Origin: Octopus vulgaris
Lineage: Eukaryota
NCBI GenBank assembly: GCA_951406725.2
Contig: OX597814.1
Coordinates: 99,758,001 to 99,822,000 of the forward strand
DNA: 64,000 nucleotides
Reading direction: 5' to 3'
Positions within the stretch are counted from its first letter, which is position 1. Each line of letters starts with the position of its first letter. The translations under genes were made by a program, and so were the position numbers. The notes beneath the pieces are model-generated. The model saw only the letters and a list, made by a program, of their open reading frames with translations, searched no databases and was not told the origin of the DNA. Below, in pieces: positions 1 to 14,547 of the stretch.

Positions 1-257
1 GTATCGCCTTGACCTTCGAAACGTTGAGTAGATGAAATTAATCGACTGAAGAAGGGGAATTTTCCTTGTTTTGTATGTCCTGTACTCTATTTTTTCGTTG
101 TTTTAAAAAAATGTCCATTTTCTTGGTTTTGTGTTTATGTTTTCGTTTCTCATTGTGTTCGACGTTTTTTTGGTGTCCTGTACCCATATATGCATGTATA
201 TATACATGTAGAGGTAGGTACGTACATATATGTATGTATATATGCATATATTTTATT

Positions 258-312
<55 letters not shown>

Positions 313-314
<2 letters not shown>

Positions 315-535
315 TGTGTGTTTGTGTGTCTGTGTTTGTCCCCCCAACATCGCTTGACAACCGATGCTGGTGTGCTTACGCCCCCGTAACTTAGCGGTTC
401 GGCATGAGAGACCGATAAAATAAGTACTAGGCTTCCAAAGAATAATTCCTGGGAGTTGATTTCCTCGACTAATGGCGGTACTCCAGCATGGCCGCAGTCA
501 AATGACTGAAACAAGTAAAAGAGTAAAAGAGAGAG
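313..535 (+). mobile_element. SINE family A, 3' half (other fragments: 978-1115 +, 7321-7480 +, 34520-34790 -, 59290-59375 -, 61640-61960 -)
   Basis: CCCCGTAACTTAGCGGTTCGGCA...CCAGCATGGCCGCAGTCAAATGACTGAAAC shared with the full copies. Confidence 0.85.
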
Positions 536-909
536 TCTGATAAAATTTTTTTAGTCGATGGACATTTATTTTAGTTTATTTTTACCGGTACTTTTTGAAG
601 TTTTAGCCGTTTGTATTTAACTTTTTGATGGGCCGTTCTATTTGCATTTTATTCTATTATATATATTTACCCACTATGATTTTATGCATATGTATTATTT
701 TTTATGTGTTTGGGAACCATGGTGATTTTTTTAATATATGATCAAATGTTTGAGGGGAGATGTTTTATGTAAAGTCGTTGACACAAATTTAATGTTTTTT
801 CTATAACCAATGCTTCTTTATCTTCTTCTCATCTATATTTGAGCACTTCTTTTGCAGTCCGATAAACACATTTGTTTCTATAAAAAGTGACAAATATTAT
901 TTTTCTTGT

Positions 910-976
<67 letters not shown>

Positions 977-1118
977 ATTTATGTGTCTGTGTTTGTCCCT
1001 CCCCAACATCGTTTGGCAACCGATGCTGGCGTATTCACGTCCCCGTAACTTAGCGGTTCAGCAATAGACACCGATAGAATAAGTATTAGGCTTACAATCT
1101 TGGGGTTGAATTCCTCCC

Positions 1119-1151
<33 letters not shown>

Positions 1152-1159
1152 TATATACA

Positions 1160-1360
1160 CTCAATCCAAACAAGAAGAAGCTAGAAAAACAACAACACGA
1201 ATACGTTGTACAAGTTGTGTTATTGAACGCTCAGTAAAGCCAAGAAAAGAGAGAGGATTTCGCGTTTCGAACGGAACTCTTCATCAGAAATATAAAATAA
1301 GTCCAAAGACGGGAAGACGGAGAAAGAAAATCACCAACGATACACATGCGGTTACATATT
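1160..1360 (-). mobile_element. Penelope-like terminal fragment with hammerhead motif (1257-1291)
   Basis: Minus strand ATTT-CTGATGA-A-GAGT tcc GTTC-GAAA-CG-CG-AAAT; ends at (TA)n. Confidence 0.7.
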
Positions 1361-1374
1361 ATCACTCCCATATA

Positions 1375-3250
1375 TGTATATATACATACCTACACAGCCA
1401 TACCTTCACTCATACATACATACATACCTACACACACGAACACTCACAGACACACACCCATACATACATACACCTATACACACACGCCTATGCACACACA
1501 CACATACATACATACACCCACACACATACACCCACACACATACACACACACATGCACACACACATACATACATACACCCACACACATACACATACACATA
1601 CGTACATACTCCTATACGCACATACATACACACAGACATACACACATACACACTCACACATACATACACACACACATACTTACACACACACTCGCCTGCC
1701 ACGCGCACACACATGCATGACTAACACCCATACACTCACACTCACATACACACACACCACACATATACACGCACACGCACACATACACGCACACACACAC
1801 CTACACTCCCACACACATACATACGCACCTACATACACACACACACGCATACACACGCACACACACGCATACATACATATATTACACACGTACACACACA
1901 CCTACATACACATGCATACACACACACAAACACACACGAACACACCCATACATACATACATACACCTATACACACACGCCCACACACCTACATACACACT
2001 CATGCATACACACACACACACGGACACACCCATACATACTTACATACATACACCTCTACACACACGCCTACACACCTACATACACACACATGCATACACA
2101 CACACATGTACGCACATACACACACATATACGCACATACATATATACCTACACACATGCACACACACACACACATACGCCCATGCATACGCATACATGCA
2201 TACATGCATACACACACACACGCACGTACACATACATACACGCAGACACATACATACACCCATACACATACATGCATCCTACACACACAGACATACACAC
2301 TCACACATACATACACACACACACAATCACTCACACACCTGCATGTACGCGCATACACATGCACATACACACACTTCCACACACACACACGTACATACAC
2401 ACTCATACACATACACACACACACACACACACGGACATACATCTATACACACACATATACACACACATACATACATTCATCGGACACACTGACACCCAGA
2501 CTTACACACAGACACACTCACACATCCACACACATACATACTTACACACACACTCGCAGGCGCGCGCACATACACGCTTGTGCACGTTCGCGCACGCATA
2601 CACGCATGCATGCACCACGCTCGTGGTTTGACCGACTAGATCTCCTGTACGTATCTGGGGCCGGCGCGTGTCTTTGGGTTCTCCCACGCCTGTCGCCGCG
2701 GGACCACTCTTCCATCTTCCCCTCCCGCCCTCCGCTGCAGTTTTTTTTCCTTAAAACCCCCCCTCTTTGTACACACGCGCACACACATACACACACCCAC
2801 TAACACACACACATTTGCATATATATATACATTACACTTACACACACTTCAAATTTACTTGCCATACACACAACTACGCACACTGGACACACTACCACTC
2901 TACACACACACTGGCACGTTACATACGCCCCCACCCTTTCCCTCCTTCCTCCCTTTTTTTACCATTGACCACTCACTCGAGACTTGCTATGTCATCTGTT
3001 CGCCCTGCACGCACTAACATATACATATTTTTTGTTTTTTTATCTCGCCTCACACACACATACACACACGCACATGCACACACTCACACATACATACACA
3101 CGCACACACACATACCTCCCTGTTTCTGATCTGCCTTTCTGACTTGCTAGGGTACCCCCACACACTCCTTTAATTCTACTACTGCCTGCTACTAGCCACT
3201 GTCCACCATACACACACATACACACACACGCACACTATCACACACACACC
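1375..3250. repeat. Long degenerate (CA/TA/CG) low-complexity tract with a GC-rich island at about 2615-2765
   Basis: Direct reading; source of the H/T/Y/I-rich ORFs. Confidence 0.9.
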
Positions 3251-3289
3251 CTCGTTTTCTCGCACACCTTTTTTACCATTCCCTCTTTG

Positions 3290-3551
3290 ATTCAGCTCTC
3301 TTGTTTTTAAAAAACATTTTCCTCCTTTTTTACTACTTCCGTCTTTTCAGTATGTGACCTCGTGAAGACTACCTGCAATTTTTTTTCCTCTGTCCTCCAG
3401 TCTCGGGATCTTTCTTTCTCCTATATTTCCGACGAAGAGCTCCGCTCGAAACGTCATACCCTCCTTCTTCCATTTTCCTGAGCGCCTAATAATAATAATA
3501 CTGTACTTGTTCCACGTGTTGTTGTTTTTTCTGTTTTCCCGTTTGGATTAA

Positions 3552-3553
<2 letters not shown>
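3290..3553 (+). mobile_element. Penelope-like terminal fragment with hammerhead motif (3425-3459)
   Basis: CCGACGA-A-GAGC tcc GCTC-GAAA-CG-TC; ends GGATTAACC then (TA)n; homologous to 63090-63260. Confidence 0.7.
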
Positions 3554-3621
<68 letters not shown>

Positions 3622-3629
3622 TATATACA

Positions 3630-3681
<52 letters not shown>

Positions 3682-3682
3682 A

Positions 3683-3748
<66 letters not shown>
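3554..3748. repeat. (TA)n/(ATAC)n microsatellite, representative of dozens of (TA)n, (GT)n and (GA)n tracts in the window
   Basis: Direct reading. Confidence 0.95.
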
Positions 3749-3979
3749 TCACACATATACTACATACACGTTCATAACTGGATACATGTATATACCTAAT
3801 TTTTCATGAATGTCTAACCATACTCCTTGTTGAGTCCAATGTCTTCAGTTTTATATTCACACACGAATAATACCCAAACAAAAAACCTGGAATTATATAG
3901 TAATGCTACCGGATAGTATTGGATAGTTCTGAGGATGGATGAGCTTTAAACTGTTCTCTGCTGAGTTCCTAACGGAATA

Positions 3980-4021
<42 letters not shown>

Positions 4022-4029
<8 letters not shown>

Positions 4030-4380
4030 TTTTCAAAATGAGATAAAAAACAAAGGCTGCGAAGATTTTAGAATATTTATAAATAGAAGGTCTTACAGCT
4101 TTTTCCAGGATATTTAATATATCCCTTCAACGGAGACGGTGAGAGAAAATGGTTAAGTAATAGCTAATTTAGATAAGATATGAAATAGAGAGTGAAGTGG
4201 AGGAATGAAAATAGATGTGAGATATGCAGAGATATTGCATTTGTAGATCCATTATTTAGGCAGAATTGTATACATATAAGATTCCAATACCTTATGAGTA
4301 AAATCCAATAGTCTTTAAAATTGGTCATTCCAAGTATATAGTTTTTACACAGTGCTATTAAATCAAGTGGTTTATTTATA
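4022..4380 (-). mobile_element. Penelope-like fragment, second family, with decayed hammerhead (4090-4137)
   Basis: Minus strand GTCT-CCGTTGA-AGGGATAT..ATATCCT-GGAAA-AAGCTG-TA-AGAC; flanked by (TA)n on both sides. Confidence 0.55.
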
Positions 4381-4389
4381 TATATAATG

Positions 4390-4450
<61 letters not shown>

Positions 4451-6206
4451 AATATGTATATTTATATATATATATATATACATATACATATGTGAGTTTG
4501 TGTGTGTATGGGCAGAATATTTAGCATACTGGATTTCATGTTTAGAGGCATTTCATCTGTCTTTACCTTCAAATTCAGCTGAGGTCAACTTTTCCTTTCA
4601 TGCTTCCTGGATCGATAAAACAAAAAGCTGTTATCACTGGGGTCGTTGTAGTCAACCTATCCCTGATTTCGAAATTGTTGGTTCTGTGCCAAAATTCAAA
4701 ACAAGTCTCGTAAGTTTACCTTGTGATATATCTGCACGAAATCCATCAAATTTTGAATTAATTAAAATTACATTGTTGTATTTTGGGACAGCATTTTTTT
4801 ACTTCTATCATTCCTGAATTTGTGGCCTTTAAGCGTAACCCTGGTACTCACATCCACCGCATGTGCATTGTGAATAAGGCAACTGCATGATCAAGGTTTA
4901 CTTGAAGCTAAAGCTTAATTTAAGGTTTCTAGTCGGCAGTCAAGTTGTTCTGCATGAAGTGTTTTTTGCTATATGTATTTAATAATCTACTAAAGGCACA
5001 AAGCCTGAAATTTAAGGTGAGGCGGCTAGTTGATTACATCGACCCCAGTGTTTCACTGGTACTTAATTTATTAACCATGACGGAAAAGATGAAAGGTAAA
5101 GTCGACCTCGGAACTTAGTGACGGCGAAATACCACTAAGCATTTCGTCCAACGTGCTAACGACTCTGCTAGCTCGCCGCTTTTATATATGTATTTAATAA
5201 TACGTGACTGAATAAAAATAGTTCGTTGGGATGTATCAATAACCGATATTACCGATGTGTCCACTTGTACGATATTGATTATTTTATTGATTTTAAATAA
5301 ATACAGTGACTGTTGTCAGCAGCCATAATCTTATTTTACTTGAAAAACTATTTGTTACCAAACATCGTTTATCGAGGGTGTCTATTCTAATTATATCCGT
5401 AAAAGTAAGAAGACACACAAAGTATATGAATACGAACATTAAATTTTGACATAATAATCCTCCCTATTATTGGTACATTGAAATTCATTGTCAAGGGAGG
5501 CTAATCGATTACATCGAACCCAGTACATAACTTGTGCTTATTTTATCTTAACCGAACAGATGAAAAGCAAAGTTGATCTCGACAGAAATTAAATCTACAA
5601 CGTAAACAGCCGGATGAAATATTGCTATGCATTTTGTCCGGTGCGCTAATGCTTTATCCTTTTCACTGCATTTTAACATAATATGATGCGGTTTAAATTA
5701 TTTTGTTCTTAAAAAGAAGTAGAGGTTTCAATCTGCATTTGCATCAATCATGTTCAACCTATCAACTGTAGACATGACATTCAGTTAAAAACTACATAAA
5801 TCATATGAAATGTACTTTCTCAGGGCTCAAAAAGCGGGAACATATAAGGCTTCACTGACAACAACAAAAAAACGAATAAATAAATAAATAAAGAAAGAAA
5901 GAATTAAATAAAGAGACAAAAAAAGCGACATTTAATATCAATGAGATATAAAGATGTGGTCATCAAAGCGATGTACAAGTCTTTTTTGTTTAATACAAGC
6001 AATACAATTTTGGCAAACGTAATTATAACTTTTATGCTGATAATGAATAATGCATCTGTTTCAAATAATAAGTAATATCTTGAGTCCAACGGTTCATTTA
6101 CCACCAGTTGCAAAAACAGTACATTGAAAATATTGAATTCTCATTAGCAGAACTGCATGCATAAATGTAGAGACCATTTGTGCAATTATAATGTATGTAT
6201 ATATGC

Positions 6207-6241
<35 letters not shown>

Positions 6242-6484
6242 AATGTATATATATGTACGTATGTACATATATATACACATACATGTATAGTTGAAATTTG
6301 ACACAACCCTTTCATATATATACACGCACACACAAACACACATATATATACAAGTATGTACGTAGATATACAAATATACATTCATACATTAAAAAGCACA
6401 ATAATATATTATATTCATGTACACCTGCATCCAACCATCCATGTATGTATATCTGTAACTAACTATACATATTCGTATATGCAT

Positions 6485-6522
<38 letters not shown>

Positions 6523-6625
6523 GATTACACAGAAGTAGGTATACTTGAATGTATGCATACGTAGCTAACATATGTATATGTGTGAGAAACATGCATACGT
6601 ACATATATGAATACATAGAATAGAT

Positions 6626-6692
6626 ACATACATACATACATACATACATACATACATACATACATACATACATACATACATACATACATACA

Positions 6693-6722
<30 letters not shown>
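6626..6722. repeat. (ATAC)n microsatellite
   Basis: Direct reading. Confidence 0.95.
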
Positions 6723-6726
<4 letters not shown>

Positions 6727-7129
6727 CATGAAGGGATAGGTGCAGATGCATCTGAACATAAAATATTGTTATTGTCGTCTTTTTAATTATCACTACAATA
6801 ATAATGATGTACATCGAACTATTTTATTAGGGCGATTGATTACTTTTGTCATCATTCTATCCATTGTCTATATGCGTGTACATCTCCTCCCACTAGGAGT
6901 TATTTTCCTATTCGCACCACCCTGATACTTCAAAGTACTTTTTTGTCACGTGAATTGTATTTGCTATATTCTATTATTTCCTTTCATTCGTGGTTTTATT
7001 GCAGCATAGTATAGTTAATGTTTGTTTAATACCCATCAATAGTAACAACAAAGCTGAAATATATATGGATTTATGTGTGTGTATCTGCTTATCTCTCAGT
7101 CACCTATCTCTCTCTAACTCTCTCATCCA

Positions 7130-7188
<59 letters not shown>

Positions 7189-7232
7189 CATACATATATA
7201 CCTCTTCGTCTTTTGTTTTTTTCGTAAACTCT

Positions 7233-7311
<79 letters not shown>

Positions 7312-8163
7312 TATATATACTGGTGTGGCTACGTGGTATTACTTTGCTTCCCAATCACATGGTTCCGGGTTCACTCCTACTGCGGGACAACTTGTGAAAG
7401 TGTCTTCTACTACAAGCCTCGGTCCAGCCATTGCCGTCTGAGTGGTTTCGCTAGACAGAAACTGAAAGATATCCGTCGTGTATACACACACACATACACA
7501 CACACACACGCACATACACATATATAATTGAAAAACTTAGAGTAACAAAATGTAACGGTTGGGCATTTATTTTTTAATAACTACTATTGTTTCCACGCAG
7601 CATAGTTTTCCAGGTGTGCAGGGACTTAAATTATGCAAATGTTTCCTTGCATTATGAAATCTAGTTGTGCTTCGTCAGACGATGTGTAAATATTGTCTGC
7701 GTAAGTTTAAAATCCTCGGCTTCAAGAACATCCGATCTGTCTGTCATGGCCTGAACATAGTAATAGTCACTGAGCTTAACAGGGAGCTTTACTGCTGAAG
7801 GGCCATTGGCAGACTTCTTTGAATGTTGCAAGATCATTTTGTTGTGCTGCACTGCAGTCGGAAGCTGGTTTGCGATTAAGGAAGTAATCTTGAAATTAAT
7901 CTGAAAACATGGCGTAGTAAGAGTATGCGAGTAAAGATTTTCTGTGCTATCCAAAAGAGTTATGTCACGACTGATATTACACATAACGATATTCTATATC
8001 TCCTTTTTTTTTTTTGATAAATACTTCTGATGCTATCATGCTTGCAGAAATTTTGTATTTTGCCAAATAAATAAATGAATAAAATGCAAGTAAAACCTAC
8101 ATAATTTCTTAGCGAAATAGGTGAAGATTACTGATCAAGAACGCGTTAACATTTGAATGTTAA

Positions 8164-8448
8164 TTCATAAAAATATATTAAATAATATCTAAAAAATTTG
8201 CATTGCAACATATGTAGAATAGTTAATGGAAGAACAAAAGACATATATACGTACATCCATATGTATATATGTATGTGCTTGTGTATATATATATATGTGT
8301 AAAATATATATATATATATATATATGTATGTATTCATAAAAATATATTAAATAACATTTAAAAAATGTGCATTGCAACACAGGTAGAATAGTTAATGGAA
8401 GAACAAAAGACATATATACGTACATGCATATGTATATATGTATGTGCT

Positions 8449-8483
<35 letters not shown>

Positions 8484-8530
8484 AAAATATATATATATAT
8501 ATATATGTATGTATTCATAAAAATATATTA
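8164..8530. repeat. Local tandem duplication, ~170-180 bp unit x2.1
   Basis: TTCATAAAAATATATTA starts at about 8164, 8333 and 8514; shared TAGAATAGTTAATGGAAGAACAAAAGACATATATACG. Confidence 0.9.
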
Positions 8531-8579
8531 TATATGTATGTGTATTGTATATATATATATATATATATTTATGAGTGTA

Positions 8580-8615
<36 letters not shown>

Positions 8616-9900
8616 ATATACATATATATGTATATATATATGTATGTATATATACATATATATGTATATATACACACACACAAATATAGATACATACAAA
8701 CATATATATATTTAAACACACACCCACTCACACCACACACGAATATAATTATTTTTAGAATATTTGAGAGAGAGTGAGAGTAAAAGAAACAGAAAGAAAG
8801 AGAGAGAGAGATGTTTTTTTATTCACTGAGAAGAGATGAATTACAAAACTCAGTAGCTAAACGCAGAATATTCTTTAGTACATTATACCTAGAAAGCTGA
8901 TATTCCCAATACTCTGAGTTTCACGTGTCCAATATCCTAGCTATTAATGCGATTTCGTTCTCACTTGAATTATGATTTTTTAAAATACATTTTGAAATAT
9001 TGCATAAAACATATCAAGAAAATACTTATAATTATGTTATATTTTAAATTGTGCATCGTGTGCAAATGTGACTATTTCAAGTTCATCTATTTCGTTTCTG
9101 GATCTTTGTGGGAATATCTAAACGTCTTATAAATCATACACGTGAATGCAGCCTGAGGATTGTCCGCATGAAATGAAGCTGTACTATTTTAGTACAGTTT
9201 TAGTAACATTTTAGGTAATATTTCAAATTTTTTTCTTTGGTTTCACTCGTCGAATGTAGTCTGAGTTTAAGTGGCTTGTACCTATAAAAATATTACATAC
9301 TTTTGTGTATACAATGTACTAAAATTCTAATCTTTTATTTGAACTGTTACGGCCTTGTAGCAAATTTAATTTTTCGGTCAAAGATCATGCTCCTCGTTTC
9401 TTTTGACAGAACCCAACCGATGTGTCCCGAGCCCACGGTTCGCTGCACAGGTATTACGCCCAGTCAAAAGGTTGATGACAGATCTGCACAATAACCACTT
9501 GGATTTCCAACTTGTGTGGGCATAGCACGCATCTAGGTGACGCACTCAATCGCCACAAGTTGGTTACATGTTATTTCATATGCCCTACAGATCTTTCCAG
9601 TTCAAATGCTTGCCGTTATTTCATATAACTCAATTGCATTCCATTTATGCAAATTACCTAAGTCATAAAAGTGTACAATATTTTTGTGAGTATGTCTGAG
9701 TGCATCGTTTGCTGAAGTTATGGGAGGACAACTACTGTATTGATGACCGTTATCCACTTGACTTCAGACTATAAAACTATCTTTTCTGTAATGATATAAA
9801 ATTTTTGAGAATCTTTGATTCTTAGACTATATATATATACACATGTGTGTGTATATACACACACACGTACATACATAATAACGCATACATACTGACAGAT

Positions 9901-9962
<62 letters not shown>

Positions 9963-10152
9963 TAATTTAAATAGAGAGATTCAATAGAACATCCAGTAAT
10001 TTATTTATATCATAATATAACATAATATACTAAGAATATAATATGAACTAACATTTAAAACATCATTAAAAAACCATAAGAAGCAACAATTTGTTTCAAC
10101 TTAACTACATTATTTGATTCATAAACAATTCAATAACTTATAAAAGTCTCAT

Positions 10153-10462
10153 GGAGGTTCAATGGCTCAATCTGGCCAGCGGACTCGCGGTCGGAGGATC
10201 GCGGTTTCGATTCCCAGACCGAGCGTTGTGTGTGTTTATTGAGCGAAAACACCTAAAACTCCACGAGGCTCTAGCAGTGGGTGGTCGGCCCCTGTTGTAC
10301 TCTTTCGCCTTAACTTTCTCTCACTCTTTCTTCCTGTTTCTTGGATAACGCTGCGATGAACTGGCGTTCCGTTCAACTGGGGGAAACGCATAAGCCACAG
10401 AAACCGGGAAACCGGGCCCATGAGCCTAGCTAGGTTTGAAAAGGTCACATAAATAAATAAAT
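10153..10462 (+). mobile_element. SINE family B variant
   Basis: tRNA-like head (GGTTTCGATTCCC), middle shared with 63880-64000, tail GAAACCGGGAAACCGGG, (AAAT)n end. Confidence 0.85.
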
Positions 10463-10499
10463 ATATGTCTCATGTGCGTGTATAACTTTATAACAGATG

Positions 10500-11480
10500 A
10501 TTAATCAACTAAGGTACCATGGGATGTAGCAATGTCTATGCCATATGCGCCATTGGAATCATAGGACAGAGTGTCCGAATGACAACTGAAAGCGATTACC
10601 GTGTAAAAGCGTGTTTACCAGAGACGGTTGATACTATGTATTAGCTACTCAGCGACGACTGTCCTGTGGGGAAAACGAAGAAGTACTATCCTATTATCTG
10701 ACAAGCTTTGTGGTGCAACTCTTTCGTACTATAAACCATTTTGTGATCAGAGCGCGCGGTGAAGGATGATACAAGTAGAAGCAGAAAAAACCCCTCGTGG
10801 AAACTGCGATGTGGACAGACCTGCAAGCAGTTAAAGTCAACAAGTATCAAGCAGCACCACCCAAAGGGAAGGTGAAACGTCTCCTAAGGGAAAACCAACC
10901 GCGGAGACTATTTTCAGTTTCAAGTCCGGCCTCTGACTGGATATTGCAAGTATATCTGAAGGAAAGAATCATCTTTTCAAGATGGTTACCTCTTTTCGAT
11001 CAGACATGATATTTCTATCCTGGAGCACAAAAACATCCATCGTGGGCAATCTCTCACACTTAGCATTTCTCTCCAACCGAGGAAAGCTCAATGCTAGAAA
11101 TTGCGTGATGAGTGTCATGTGAAAGCATGTGATACAAACTCATACTTCGATGAAACTGACTGACGTGCTTTCTCAACAACGCATGTGTACTATTTCGTGT
11201 AGATGTAGAAGTTTACTTAAGAATCCAACCACTTAAATACAACCACCATGGTGACAGCCATGGTAAATGAAGGAGGGTCGTGTTTGTCAAGAGCTCGTAT
11301 AAGCAACCTTCTAAAGATGAAGACTATTTTAGTCATCGTTGCTCCACACAAGCAACTTCTACTGACTAAAGAGTGAAACTTTGAATTATAGAAAGTTTTC
11401 CAGCGAAGCTAAAGTGCTAGTCACCATAGAGTAAAGCTTGAACCCATCTTCTTAAGGCAAATTCACAAATTCACATTAAA
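10500..11480 (+). pseudogene. Possible highly decayed CRE-like/REL non-LTR remnant
   Basis: ASDWILQVYLKE resembles ASSWLxALPLxE; VDVEV..RIQP resembles DVEVEPxLQPL; higher GC than the flanks. Confidence 0.3.
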
Positions 11481-13194
11481 GTATCTCGCAAACTAGATAC
11501 AAAAACGAAGTCATATAAAATACATATATAGTAAAAAAAATATAAAAAAGAAAACGAAGGCGCGATTAATAATAAACAAACACGCGGCATATTAAGTTTA
11601 CGCTCAGAAAATAGAAGAATTTTACGTTTCGAACATACGCTCTTCTTCTAAAAGAATGGACGAGGAGAGAAAAATGTATAGACAAAATAACGAATATGTC
11701 TCAAATAAACTGTTACCACATTCGGAAAAATACGCAGTCACACACACATATATATGTATATATTAATCCATACATTCATAATACATACATATACGCATAC
11801 GTTTTTGTATGTATACAAACATGTTTATATATTCGAAAGTATGATTCAAACTCAGCCTTGTGTCTTAACTCGCTGCTGTGAGCAAATCTGAACTGTACTT
11901 GATTTGCGAAACTTATTTACGGCTAGGTGGACTGGGTTATTTCCGATTTAAGTCCTCAATGATGGAGGTGCCTAATATCAATAGCAGATTTTGTATCACT
12001 GTTTGTATGTTTCAATATCGATTCAACTATCCACATAAATAGATTAACTTCCACTCCCTTACCAACTTTGTCTTTCTTACATCAGTCATCCTATCTTTCT
12101 GTCCGTCAGTTTCTGTCTGATTGACTGTATGTGTGTTTGTATTCATCCTGCTTTCTTTTTTTTTTTCCCTTTCCTTCTGTTCTTCTCTCTCCCAGCTCTG
12201 TCTCCAGTGTTCTCTGTCAGTCTGTCTGTCTTTCTCTCTCTCCTTCTCACCCTCTCGCCCTCTCACCTCTCACTCTCTTTCGCTCACACGTTTACGGCTA
12301 TAGACGAAGCGATATCATGTTGATCCTTGTCGAAAATACGGTAACAATGCAAGTAGGGAAATCAAAATTTGCAACCGGTAATAGAAACCCTACATCTATC
12401 ATTTCATCAAATGAATAAAGCTGCAATATGAACACAATGAAATAAAAGAGATAGGAGGATGACTTTACACATGAGCGGTTAATCGAAAATAAAACTGTTG
12501 TGTTAGTAAACATTTTACTCAGCATACGTATGGATTCCTTTTCTTTGTCTTTTCACCGATAAATGTTATGATGTGACATGTTTGTTTTAGATGTTTGTTG
12601 AAACGTGTTTTACCTGCGTTTAGTATTATTCCATTTGAAATATTCTATAAAAGATTGCTAATGTTTGGTTAAAGGAGGGTATGAAGATGTATAACAACTA
12701 TAATAAAAAATAATATGAGGCTGAAACAGCACAAAGACAACGTAAAAAATAGCAAATAAAAACAAAAGCAAGATAGAACGGGGAACGACAACAACAACAA
12801 CAATAATAATAATAATAACAATATACACTCGTTTGTATATACGTCTTTGTTTATTCCTGTATTTATGACTAAAATGTGGGGTTTCGCGTGGGAAATTTCA
12901 TGCTTCGGTGAAACTGAATCATTCGGTTTTCGATGCATACAACTTTTACCTGGTGTAAATAAATACGAGGCAGGTCTCAAACATGTTTGAAAAACTCTGT
13001 CAGAAAATATGTATATATATATATATATATATGCGTGTGTGTTTGTGTGCGTGAGTGTGTGTGTGTGTGTTTTTTTTATATGTGCGTGTATGTGTGTACT
13101 TGTGTCTGGATGTATGTGCGTTTGTGTCTACACGTGTAATATACACACACATATTCTAGTTATATATGCATGTACGCATACATACATGTTGAAC

Positions 13195-13574
13195 CGTTAA
13201 ACCCTATACAATTTTCTCTCTCTCCGGTCTTCGTACTCTCCCCGTTTCCCACCCCCTTCTTTTAATCCTTTTTGTCGAAAAGCGAAGCCTCGAATCGTCA
13301 AAGACATTTTTATTCTTCCCGAGCGTTAACTTAATATATCTGCTTGTTGTTCCTTCTCTTGTCTTCCGCACGTGGCTTGTTTGAGATTTTTCCTTATTTT
13401 TCAAATTTTTTTTCTTTAGATTTTTTTCTCTTTCCGACAAAGAGCTATGCTCGAAGCGTTAACAGCTCTCTCCTTTCACCGAGCATCAAATATATATATT
13501 GCTTGTGCATGTCCTCACATTCGATTTTCCTTTTTCTCTCTATTTTTTTTTAATTGTTTGTTCTTTGAATTGAC

Positions 13575-13577
<3 letters not shown>
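13195..13577 (+). mobile_element. Two tandem decayed Penelope-like terminal units; inverted partner at 11530-11720
   Basis: CCGACAAAGAGCTATGCTCGAAGCGTT at about 13434 and a more decayed unit at about 13275; ends at (TA)n. Minus copy AGAAGAAGAGCGTATGTTCGAAACGTA at about 11620-11650. Confidence 0.6.
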
Positions 13578-13661
<84 letters not shown>

Positions 13662-13859
13662 ATATGTATGTGCATGGCCGAAAGTGCCAGGAAATATGTA
13701 TATAAGTTGTATATATATATATATATATACACATACATATACGTATAAAAAGGATTTTTTAAAAACAGAATTGCTTTTAAGAAAAGTTATAAGATCTTTT
13801 ATCTGGATGTTACTAGGTTTTTGAGGAAGAAGGTTTTATCCTAGTGTGTGAGCATTTTC

Positions 13860-13896
<37 letters not shown>

Positions 13897-14300
13897 TTGT
13901 ATGTACGTATTGCGGGTTATGATTAGAAGCAATGCATTTTATCACAACTTTTGCGCTAAGGTCCATTTGAAGAAACCTCTTGCAATCCATGTTATCGTAT
14001 GCAAGTAAGACAAGTAAAGGTAGGCTTGCTTTTAATGGCTTGGAAACGTTGAACATGAAATTCAACCAAATATTGATATATTGAATGGCTCTCATGCATG
14101 TATTTTAGATAAGTGTAAAAAAGAGTCTTTCATAAATAAAGTTTGTGTAATGGATAAATTCTTTTTCTCTCTTATATTATCGCAAATACGTGTATTTAAT
14201 GCATTCAAATGTGTATATCTAAATATCTAAATGCTTTCAAATACGTGTATTTAAATGCATTCAAATTACCAATAGTTGGTTTCCTTTCCATATATATATA

Positions 14301-14370
<70 letters not shown>

Positions 14371-14447
14371 TTTAACGTAGTTAAAAATAATTTTTAATCC
14401 CGGAGCCAACATTTCCAACATTCTGCTGCTATTTCAGTTGACAGAAA

Positions 14448-14547
<100 letters not shown>

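Noticed and set aside
1346-2803. Long His/Thr/Tyr-rich ORFs, up to 359 aa
   Set aside because: CA-repeat sequence lacks stops in all frames and overlapping ORFs occur on both strands. The same applies to the YI, VC, poly-I, poly-L, poly-N and poly-K ORFs throughout.
7661-7984. 107 aa minus-strand ORF with an acceptor-like TTTTCAG, considered as a terminal exon
   Set aside because: Switching frames gives weak resemblance to a Penelope GIY-YIG C-terminus, followed by a decayed hammerhead-like segment (about 7575-7620) and TA repeats. A transposon relic is at least as likely; neither reading is solid.
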